From contig NC_008340.1 in NCBI RefSeq assembly GCF_000014785.1, positions 1,800,001-1,832,000 on the forward strand: a stretch of 32,000 nt of DNA, written 5' to 3'. This DNA is from Alkalilimnicola ehrlichii MLHE-1. Lineage in GTDB: Bacteria; Pseudomonadota; Gammaproteobacteria; Nitrococcales; Halorhodospiraceae. A model generated the notes under the pieces. The model saw only the letters and a program-made list of their open reading frames with translations, was not told the origin of the DNA and made no database searches. Shown in pieces: positions 11,264 through 18,822 of the stretch. Numbering within the stretch: position 1 is the first letter of the stretch; each line of letters opens with the position of its first letter. A program made the translations under genes and the position numbers.

Positions 11264-11823
11264 AGCGCCTGGCAGGATTACTGACCGGCCTGTTGCTCCT
11301 CGCCCTGACCCTGTCGGCCGGGGCCGAACCCCGCTATAACGGGGAGATCTGGCTTGAGGTGGATGCCGAGACGGCGCGACTGACCGTCTACCAGGGCCAC
11401 CGGCCGGTCCAGGTCTTTGAGCGCATCTCTGTGGGTCGGGCCGGTACCGCGCCCTTCCGCTATCGCGGCAGCAACCGGACCCCCAGCGGCGAGTTCCGTA
11501 TCAATCGCATCAGCCACGACAGCCGATTCCACATCTTTCTCGGGCTCGACTACCCCACGCCCCGGCATGCGCGCGAGGCCCTGGAATCAGGCCTGTTCGA
11601 CGAGGACGACTACCGGGCCTACCACGAGCACCTGCGGCGCCATCGGACCCCGCCCCAGGACACGGCGCTGGGCGGGCACATCGGGATCCACGGGATCGGC
11701 GACGGCGACCCGGAGATTCACGACCGATTTCACTGGACCCAGGGCTGCGTGGCCGTAACCAACGAGGAGATCGAGGCCCTGGTGGAGTGGGTAAACATTG
11801 GCACCCGGGTGCTGATCCGCTAG
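11260..11823 (+). CDS. L,D-transpeptidase (YkuD domain)
   Basis: 187 aa with signal peptide; GIHGIG...W-TQGCVAVTNEEIEALVEWV active-site motif (HxxG...GCxxxxN). Confidence 0.88.
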   Translation: MKRLAGLLTGLLLLALTLSAGAEPRYNGEIWLEVDAETARLTVYQGHRPVQVFERISVGRAGTAPFRYRGSNRTPSGEFRINRISHDSRFHIFLGLDYPTPRHAREALESGLFDEDDYRAYHEHLRRHRTPPQDTALGGHIGIHGIGDGDPEIHDRFHWTQGCVAVTNEEIEALVEWVNIGTRVLIR

Positions 11824-11892
11824 GATTCAGAGGTGAGTGGCCCTCTATTTTTGTAAACCCAGGTAGGGTTTTACGTCTGCAAGGAGAGTAAG

Positions 11893-12180
11893 ATGCCGAT
11901 GAAAATCAAGAATGCACTGAAATACTCCGCGATCGGCGCCTCGCTGGCCATCCTGGCCGGTTGTGCCACCGTCGCCGAGGAAGACGTGCGCAGCATGGTC
12001 AATGAGGCCAAGGCGGACGCCTCCGAGGCGCGCAGCATTGCCGAAGAGGCCCTGGCCACCGCCAACGAGGCCCACGACACCGCCCGTCAGGCCCAGGCCG
12101 ACGCCGATGCCGCCCTGGAGGCCTCCCAGCGGAACAGCGAAGAGATCGATCGCATGTTCCAGAAGTCCATGTACAAGTAA
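11893..12180 (+). CDS. Murein lipoprotein (Lpp/OprI-like)
   Basis: 95 aa; lipobox LAILAGC, alanine-rich heptad repeat region, C-terminal Tyr-Lys; strong RBS AAGGAG just upstream. Confidence 0.85.
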   Translation: MPMKIKNALKYSAIGASLAILAGCATVAEEDVRSMVNEAKADASEARSIAEEALATANEAHDTARQAQADADAALEASQRNSEEIDRMFQKSMYK

Positions 12181-12205
12181 TCAGGGCCGTCCCACGCGTC
12201 CCTGG

Positions 12206-12234
12206 AACCCCGCCCCAGCGCGGGGTTCTTTTTT
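12206..12234 (+). terminator. Rho-independent terminator of the lipoprotein gene
   Basis: Perfect 8-bp stem AACCCCGC(12206-12213)/GCGGGGTT(12220-12227), 6-nt loop, followed by CTTTTTT. Confidence 0.9.
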
Positions 12235-12240
12235 GCCCGG

Positions 12241-13230
12241 TCAGCGGCTGTGGAACGCCCCGGCCGGCAACGTGACATCGGCATCGCGGGAGATCGGCAC
12301 CGGCAGCCCGGTGGGCGCCTCCACCAAGCGGCGCAGCCGATTGTAATCCACCCGGTGGGGCCGGTCGCCCATCGCCTCCGCCACGGCATCCGCGGCCATC
12401 GACAGGATCTCGCTGGTCGAGGTCGTCTCCCGCTGCTCTTCCAGCAGCGGATAGGCCTGCAGGTACAGGGTGTCTCCCTTCCAACCCGCCTTGAACGGGG
12501 CGTTGACCAGTCGAACCGGTGTGCCCACCGGCAACCGGGGGAACAGTTCTTCGATATCCTCCGGGTACATGCGGATGCAACCGGAGGTGACCCGCATGCC
12601 GATCCCCCAGGGCCGATTGGTCCCGTGGATCAGGTAGCCGGGGATACCCAGACGCAGCGCATGCCGCCCCAGGGGGTTGTCCGGCCCGGGTGGCACCACC
12701 CGGGGCAGCTCCTTGCCCTGCTCCCGCCGGGCATACTCCCGGATGGACTCCGGCGGGTACCAGGACGGGTCCTCCGCCTTGGCGGTGATCTCGGTACGGC
12801 CCACCGGTGTCTCCCAGTCCATGCGGCCGACGCTCACCGGGTAGGTCTCCACCCGCCGCCGCTCGCCGGCCGTGACCGGCCGGTAGTAATAGAGGCGCAT
12901 CTCAGCGACATTCACCACCACGCCCTCGCGCGGCCCGGGTGGCAGGATGAAGCGGGTGGGGACCACCACCTCAGTCCCCTCACCCGGGACCCACAGGCTG
13001 ATGTCGGGGTTGGCGAGACGCATCTCCTCGAAACCGACGCCATGACGTCGGCCGATGTCGAGGACAGTCTCGTCCTGGCTGGCCTGCACCACCTGGACCC
13101 GACCGATGATGTCCCCCTCCTCCGGCAGCAGGTAGTGGCCTGCGGGGAGCTCATCCTCACCGGCCGCGGCCAATAGGGGGAACAGCAACAGGACCGTGAG
13201 CAGCGCGCGCAACGGGAGCTGATAGGGCAT
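12241..13230 (-). CDS. L,D-transpeptidase with N-terminal LysM-like region (ErfK/YbiS family)
   Basis: Signal peptide (MPYQLPLRALLTVLLLFPLLAAAG), ETVLDIGRRHGVGFEEMRLANPDISLWVPGEG LysM-like segment, YLIHGTNRPWGIGMRVTSGCIRMYPEDIEELF catalytic motif. Confidence 0.9.
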   Translation of the reverse strand: MPYQLPLRALLTVLLLFPLLAAAGEDELPAGHYLLPEEGDIIGRVQVVQASQDETVLDIGRRHGVGFEEMRLANPDISLWVPGEGTEVVVPTRFILPPGPREGVVVNVAEMRLYYYRPVTAGERRRVETYPVSVGRMDWETPVGRTEITAKAEDPSWYPPESIREYARREQGKELPRVVPPGPDNPLGRHALRLGIPGYLIHGTNRPWGIGMRVTSGCIRMYPEDIEELFPRLPVGTPVRLVNAPFKAGWKGDTLYLQAYPLLEEQRETTSTSEILSMAADAVAEAMGDRPHRVDYNRLRRLVEAPTGLPVPISRDADVTLPAGAFHSR

Positions 13231-13285
13231 AGATGATCTTTGGTAGGTGGTGGCAATGGATGGCCGGGGCAGCGTTGAGGCCCGC

Positions 13286-13885
13286 TCAGGCACTCTCCCG
13301 GGTGCCTTCCAGCACCCGGCAGAACTGCATGAGGATCCCCGCCGTAGCGCCCCAGATGAAGTGTTCGCCCCAGGTCAGGGCATGATACGTTAGACGCCGC
13401 CCCTGGCGTTCGGTTTCATAGAGGCCGTGATTGGCTGGATCGGTCAGGAAGGAGAGCGGCACGGTAAACACCTCGGCCACCTCCTGCGGGTCCGGCCGCC
13501 AGACCACCGGCGGCTCGATCCGCCCGACCACCGGGCGCACCCGGAAGCCGGTACCGGTGTGGTAGGGCCCGAGCCGGCCCAGGAGGGTGACCCGGTCCGG
13601 CTCCAATCCGATTTCCTCCCAGGCCTCCCGCAGCGCCGTGCGCTCGGCGGTCTCTCCGGGCTCCTTGCGCCCGCCGGGGAAGCTGACCTGGCCGGCATGC
13701 TCACGCAACTGCTCACTGCGCCGCGTGAACACCACACGGTAGCCTCCCGGCCCGGGGAGCAGAGGCACCAGCACGGCCGCCGGCGTCGCCCGGCCCTTGA
13801 ACTCCAGGAAACCGGACTCCGGCAGATCCGCCTGCTCCAGGCAACGCGCCAGGCATTCGCTCAGGTCCACCCCCGCTCCGCACAT
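13286..13885 (-). CDS. NUDIX hydrolase, CoA pyrophosphatase-like (NudL/YeaB)
   Basis: NUDIX box GGRKEPGETAERTALREAWEEIG with the upstream EHAGQVSFPGG signature of the CoA pyrophosphatase subfamily. Confidence 0.9.
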   Translation of the reverse strand: MCGAGVDLSECLARCLEQADLPESGFLEFKGRATPAAVLVPLLPGPGGYRVVFTRRSEQLREHAGQVSFPGGRKEPGETAERTALREAWEEIGLEPDRVTLLGRLGPYHTGTGFRVRPVVGRIEPPVVWRPDPQEVAEVFTVPLSFLTDPANHGLYETERQGRRLTYHALTWGEHFIWGATAGILMQFCRVLEGTRESA

Positions 13886-13895
13886 CAGACGGCCC

Positions 13896-14891
13896 TCAGG
13901 AGGCGGACTCCAGGCCCACGTTGTTTTTCTCCAGCACCTTGTCGGCCCGGTAGCTGGAGCGGACCATCGGCCCGGCCACCACCTCCAGGAACCCCATCTC
14001 CAGACCCATACGGCGGTAATCCGCGAACTCGGCGGGGGAGACGTAGCGCTCTACTGGCAGGTGGTTGCGCGTCGGCTGCAGGTATTGGCCGAAGGTGACG
14101 ATGTCCACCCCGACCGCCCGCAGATCCTCGAGGGTCTCCCGAATTTCCTCGTCGCGCTCGCCCAGGCCGAGCATGAGGCTGGTCTTGGTGAGCATGTCCG
14201 GCCGCCGTGCCTTGGCCAGGCGCAGCACCTCCAGGGTCTGCTCATAGCCGGCACGGGGATCGCGCACCGGGTGGGTGAGGCGGCGTACCGTCTCCACGTT
14301 CTGGGCAAAGACCTCGGGTCGGGCGTCCACCACCCTGTGCACATGCTCCGGTACGCCATTGAAATCGGGGGTGAGCACTTCCACCGCCGTTTCCGGGTTG
14401 ACCTCCCGGATGGCGTTCACGCAGGCGGCATAGTGGCCGGCGCCACCGTCCTCCAGGTCATCCCGATCCACTGAGGTGAGCACCACGTAGCTCAGGCCCA
14501 TCAGGCGCACCGAGTCGGCGGCGTGGGCCGGTTCGTCGTGGTCCAGCCGGCCCTTCGGGTTGCCGGTATCCACGGCGCAGAAGCGACAGGCACGGGTACA
14601 GACCGCGCCCATCAGCATGATGGTGGCCGTTCCGGCGTTCCAGCACTCACCGATGTTCGGGCAGTGCGACTCCTCGCAGACGGTACTGAGCCGATGGGTG
14701 CGGACAATGTCCCGCACCGCCTGGTACCCCTCGCCACTGGGTACCCGAGCGCGCAGCCAGGACGGCTTGCGGCCGCGCGGCGCCGCCTCGGCCCGCGGGT
14801 TGTGCTTAACTCCATCCTTGATGGCGCGCACCCCGTCGCGCTCGACCTTCATGCCACTGGTGACCACCGGAATGCCTTTCAGCGTGGGCAT
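13896..14891 (-). CDS. lipA: Lipoyl synthase
   Basis: [12 protein letters not shown] auxiliary cluster motif, CTRACRFC radical-SAM CxxxCxxC motif, GEVD-like [27 protein letters not shown]-terminal RSSYRAD. Confidence 0.97.
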
Positions 14892-14989
14892 CTCTCCCCC
14901 TGCCTGAGTTGGTTGGTTCGCTGTCCCCGCGGGACCTTACCGCTATTGTACACTGCCCCCCATCGCCCGCAGTGATCCGGTGCCCACCG

Positions 14990-16177
14990 ATGCCTGAAGC
15001 CCGACACCCTGCAACCGCCCGCGGACCGCTCCTCCTGCCCCTGCTGGCGCTGCTGCCGCTGTTGCTGGCGGCCTGCGCCCATAGCGGGTTGCCGGAACCG
15101 GCTGGGGACACGCTTGAATGTCCGCCGACCGGGCGCTGGATCGACGCCACGGGCGAGGTGCACACCACCGCCGGGTTGGCCGCTGAGGCGGCCAGGTACG
15201 AGGTCATCCTGCTCGGGGAGGAGCACGGTAACCGGGCCCAGCACCGCTGGCAGCTACTGACGCTCGCCGCCATCCACAGCCACACACCGGTGCAGGCCGT
15301 GGGCCTGGAGATGCTCCCAGGCGACGCCGACGAAAGCCTGGCCGCCTGGGGGCAGAGCACCATCGGCGAGGAGGACTGGCTGCGGGAGAGCGGTTGGTAC
15401 GAGCACTGGGGCCATCCGGCGGACGGGTACCTGCCTATCCTGCACTATGCCCGCCTGGAGCAGATCCGGCTTCAGGGCATCAACCTGGACCGGGCCACCC
15501 ACCGCCGTCTTGCCGGCATCGATTGGGAGGAGGCGCCCGAGGCCCTGGACGAGATGATCACACCACCGGCGGCGCCCCATCCAGACTACCGGAAACGGCT
15601 ATTGGATGCGCTCGCCGAGCACCCCCATGGCGAGATGATGGACGAGGCGCGTTTTATCCGCGCGCAGGTGCTCTGGGACCGGGTCATGGCCGAGGGCCTG
15701 AAGGCGCTGCGGGCCTCCGGACCGGGGCCGGTGGTCGGGCTGATGGGGCGGGGGCACATGAGCCATGGCCACGGTGTGCCGGCCCAACTGGCCGACCTGG
15801 GGGTCGAGCGCGTCCTGACCCTGTTGCCCTACCCCGTGGCCCCGGATTGCGAACCCCCAGCCAGCGGCCTGGCCGACGCTCTTTATGGCCTTGCACCGGA
15901 ACCCGGCACGCCGCAGCGCCGGCTGCGGCTGGGCATCCAGGTGGAGCCCGGCCAACACGGCCTGCGGGTGGTCGCTGTCAACGGAGGGTCGGTGGCGGAA
16001 GAGGCGGGGCTGCGGGAGGGCGATGAGCTGCTGGAAGCGGCCGGGCGGCCGGTGGAAAGCCATGGCGAATTGTTAATGATTCTCGATAAGGCACGAGAAG
16101 GATTCTCATTGCCAATCAAAATAAACCGCAATGGCGATCGAAAAACGCTATTGGCCTCATTCGCCGCCTCGTCGTGA
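14990..16177 (+). CDS. ChaN-family lipoprotein with C-terminal PDZ domain
   Basis: Lipobox LLAAC, VILLGEEHGNRAQHRWQ, VGLEML motifs (ChaN-like fold), C-terminal LRLGIQVEPGQHGLRVVAVNGGSVAEEAGLREGDELLEAAGRPVES PDZ. Confidence 0.85.
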   Translation: MPEARHPATARGPLLLPLLALLPLLLAACAHSGLPEPAGDTLECPPTGRWIDATGEVHTTAGLAAEAARYEVILLGEEHGNRAQHRWQLLTLAAIHSHTPVQAVGLEMLPGDADESLAAWGQSTIGEEDWLRESGWYEHWGHPADGYLPILHYARLEQIRLQGINLDRATHRRLAGIDWEEAPEALDEMITPPAAPHPDYRKRLLDALAEHPHGEMMDEARFIRAQVLWDRVMAEGLKALRASGPGPVVGLMGRGHMSHGHGVPAQLADLGVERVLTLLPYPVAPDCEPPASGLADALYGLAPEPGTPQRRLRLGIQVEPGQHGLRVVAVNGGSVAEEAGLREGDELLEAAGRPVESHGELLMILDKAREGFSLPIKINRNGDRKTLLASFAASS

Positions 16178-16356
16178 ACTTTTTACGAAGCGCCTAGTCT
16201 CAGTCAGTTAACGGTGTGGCCAACGCTCCGAATCGCGCCGAAACAAAGCGTATAGTTGCAGTCGCCCGCCGGCTTATTTACCCTTTGTTGCAACTGATCC
16301 CCAATTGGATTGGTTCGCTTCCAATAGCCCAAAGCTCCATCATAAAGGAGAGGCAC

Positions 16357-16689
16357 ATGTCCCACGACATCGATACCAAGCGCCGCAACTTCCTCAAGAC
16401 CACCGCCCTCGGTGTGGCCGCGGTCCCCTTCGCGGGGGTCATGCTGCAGCAGCAGGTGGCCAAGGCCGACCTGCCGCAACTGAGTGAGGACGACGATATC
16501 GCCCAGAGCCTGGACTACGTGCACGATGCGGCCGACGCGGCCGATCACAGCGCCTACCAGGAAGGCTCCACCTGCGGCAACTGCAGCCTGTGGACCGGCG
16601 GTGACGCGCAGTGGGGTGGTTGCCAGATCATTCCCGGTCACCACGTCAACCGTGACGGCTGGTGCAACGCCTGGGTGCCGGCGGCCTGA
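16357..16689 (+). CDS. High-potential iron-sulfur protein (HiPIP), Tat-exported, copy 1
   Basis: 110 aa; twin-arginine signal RRNFLKTTALGVAAVPFAG...AKA; mature CGNC...WGGC...GWCNAW four-cysteine HiPIP pattern; RBS AAGGAG before the ATG. Confidence 0.93.
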   Translation: MSHDIDTKRRNFLKTTALGVAAVPFAGVMLQQQVAKADLPQLSEDDDIAQSLDYVHDAADAADHSAYQEGSTCGNCSLWTGGDAQWGGCQIIPGHHVNRDGWCNAWVPAA

Positions 16690-16714
16690 ACCGCCCTCGC
16701 TCAGCCAGAAACGT

Positions 16715-16742
16715 GAAGGCCCGCCTGTCATGGCGGGCCTTC
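16715..16742 (+). terminator. Hairpin between the two HiPIP genes, likely terminator
   Basis: Perfect 11-bp stem GAAGGCCCGCC/GGCGGGCCTTC with TGTCAT loop, directly downstream of HiPIP copy 1; the following T-tract is weak (GCGTTT). Confidence 0.7.
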
Positions 16743-16899
16743 GCGTTTCGGGTGCGGCAATTTGTTCCTTGCAACGATTCTAAAAACCTTATAGTGTCAG
16801 TCTGCGAAGCCGGCAGGCAGGACGCCGTTCCCACCCTTGAGACGCATCCAGCCCGCTTGTTGCTTCCATCTCACATGGTTCAACAAGGGAGTCTCCAAC

Positions 16900-17226
16900 A
16901 TGGCCGACACAATCAATCAGGGCCGTCGCCGTTTCCTCAAGACCTCCGCACTGGGTGTGGCCGCAGTGCCCTTCACTGGGCTGATGCTCCAGCAGCAGGT
17001 GGCCAGGGCCGACCTGCCCCGGCTAAGCGAGGACGATGACATTGCCCGCAGCCTCGACTACCGCCACGACGCCACTGAGGTAACCCACAGCCGTTACCAG
17101 GACGGCCAGATCTGCGGCAACTGCGCCCTCTGGGCCGGTGGCGACGCCGAATGGGGTGTCTGCCGGATCATCCCGGGCAAGGCGGTGGCCCGGGCAGGCT
17201 GGTGCAACGCCTGGGTGGCCGGCTGA
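16900..17226 (+). CDS. High-potential iron-sulfur protein (HiPIP), Tat-exported, copy 2
   Basis: 108 aa; Tat signal RRRFLKTSALGVAAVPFTGLMLQQQVARA; mature CGNC...WGVC...GWCNAW; clear paralog of copy 1. Confidence 0.93.
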   Translation: MADTINQGRRRFLKTSALGVAAVPFTGLMLQQQVARADLPRLSEDDDIARSLDYRHDATEVTHSRYQDGQICGNCALWAGGDAEWGVCRIIPGKAVARAGWCNAWVAG

Positions 17227-17272
17227 CCCAGGCCGCGTGAGGGGCCCTAGAGCCCCTGACCAGCTCGCAAAG

Positions 17273-17302
17273 GCAAAGGGCCCGCTCACGCGGGCCCTTT
17301 GC
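17273..17302 (+). terminator. Hairpin after HiPIP copy 2, likely terminator
   Basis: Perfect 13-bp stem GCAAAGGGCCCGC/GCGGGCCCTTTGC with 4-nt loop TCAC; no real T-tract beyond the stem. Confidence 0.7.
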
Positions 17303-17384
17303 GTTCCGGCCCGACGAGGTTTAGCCGTCGGTGGTCGTGGCGTGGTACAACGTAGGGCATTCCGCAGCCAAAGGGAACGGCCCG

Positions 17385-17858
17385 ATGTCTGACCAGGGCT
17401 TCCAGGTACTGGCCCACGCCCTCGCCGACGCACAGCCCCGCTCCGTGCTGGCCGTTGGCCCGCTCGCCGGGGAAGTGGCTACGCGCCTTTTCGACCGCGA
17501 GACAACAAAGCAGATCGCCCTGGATACCGGGGAGGCCAGCGACGCGCTGGCCCGCCAAGGGGTGGTCGACATCGCGATACTGACCGACACCCTGGAGCGC
17601 CTCGACCGGCGTGAGGCGAGTGGGCTGCTCGCCCGGCTGCGCGACGTTTACGCCCGGCGGGTGGTCCTCCTGGTGGCGCACGACCGCTGCCAGTGGTCCG
17701 GCACGGACCTCACCGCCCTGGGCTTCTCGCGGCTGCACGACGCCCCCGGGGCCGGCACCCTCTACGGGTTTGATATCGCCACCTATAAGACGACCCCGGA
17801 CTGGCTCAACCCCGACTACTGGGCCAACCCTGAGCTGTGGGAGCGGCATCGCTGGTAG
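17385..17858 (+). CDS. Conserved hypothetical protein, DUF6231-like / degenerate SAM-methyltransferase fold
   Basis: 157 aa; SVLAVGPLAGEVA, VDIAILTDTLERLDRREASGLLARLRDV, C-terminal PDWLNPDYWANPELWERHRW resembling DUF6231 proteins of Pseudomonas as recalled. Confidence 0.65.
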   Translation: MSDQGFQVLAHALADAQPRSVLAVGPLAGEVATRLFDRETTKQIALDTGEASDALARQGVVDIAILTDTLERLDRREASGLLARLRDVYARRVVLLVAHDRCQWSGTDLTALGFSRLHDAPGAGTLYGFDIATYKTTPDWLNPDYWANPELWERHRW

Positions 17859-18699
17859 CGGGGCACGGGACCTGCTCGCGCAGCCAGCGCTCAATCCGCG
17901 CGGCGACGCGCTGCCATCCGGCGTCGAGCATCATCCCGTGCCCCATGTCCGGAAGGATCTCGGCCTTTACCCCGTGCGTCGCAGCGGTGGCGCGCACCAT
18001 CCAGGCCGGGAACAGCGCATCGTCGGCGGCGCCGAGGACCAACATCGGCACATCGTGACGCCGCCGCGGCGGCGGTGCCGGGAGGCTCATATCCAGCAGT
18101 GCCAGTTGGGACTCCTGCTGCAGCCCCCCGGCATAGGCGAGCAACTGGCGATCCGCCACCGGCCGTGAGAACAGCAGCCGTTGGGCCACGTGCAGATTCA
18201 CCTGTGTCGGCCCCAGGCCCTGCAGCAACCAGAGCTGCCAGAGCAATCCCGGATCCTGGCAAAGCAGTTGCCAGGCCGAGGCGGACAGCCCCATCGGCGG
18301 GACCGAGGCCATCAGCACCACGCCGGCCGGATCCATATGCCGCAGGCAACGCTGGACCACCAGACCGCCCATGGAGTGGCCGACCAGCACTGGGGGCCGG
18401 TGGAAGCGCCCGGCCACACTGAGCACGTCCTCCACGTAGTCCTCCAGACTGGCACCGTGGAGGTGCGCCCGATCCGCGCTCTCACCATGACCGCGCAGGC
18501 TCACCGCGCACGCCTGCCGCCCACGACGGGCAAACCAGGCCAGAAAGTGGGCATCCCAACACCAGGCGCCGGCATAGGCACCATGCACGAAGAGCAACGG
18601 CGGCGCGTCGGAACGACTGCCGCGACAGATGGTTTCCAACTCAAGCCCGGCACGCGATGCGGGCCAGAAGCCGACGGCGGGGTATAGGATCGGGGACAT
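17806..18699 (-). CDS. Alpha/beta hydrolase
   Basis: MSPILYPAVG...; LLFVHGAYAGAWCWD oxyanion region, VGHSMGG nucleophile elbow, LGAADDALFP acid, MGHGMMLD histidine. 3' end overlaps the convergent upstream gene by 53 nt. Confidence 0.87.
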   Translation of the reverse strand: MSPILYPAVGFWPASRAGLELETICRGSRSDAPPLLFVHGAYAGAWCWDAHFLAWFARRGRQACAVSLRGHGESADRAHLHGASLEDYVEDVLSVAGRFHRPPVLVGHSMGGLVVQRCLRHMDPAGVVLMASVPPMGLSASAWQLLCQDPGLLWQLWLLQGLGPTQVNLHVAQRLLFSRPVADRQLLAYAGGLQQESQLALLDMSLPAPPPRRRHDVPMLVLGAADDALFPAWMVRATAATHGVKAEILPDMGHGMMLDAGWQRVAARIERWLREQVPCPATSDAAPTAQGWPSSRG

Positions 18700-18822
18700 G
18701 GCGCCTCGCTTATAAGTTTTGTATAACACTGTAACAGCCCGCCGGGCCGGTCGCACGGAGTAAAGTGTGCCTGAGCTAGAGTGTTAGGATATGGCTTTGC
18801 GCGGCATGCCACGGGGGACCTC

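Noticed and set aside
16216-16356. GTG-initiated N-terminal extension of HiPIP-1
   Set aside because: The Tat signal and AAGGAG RBS place the start at ATG 16357; the upstream stretch is more likely promoter/leader.
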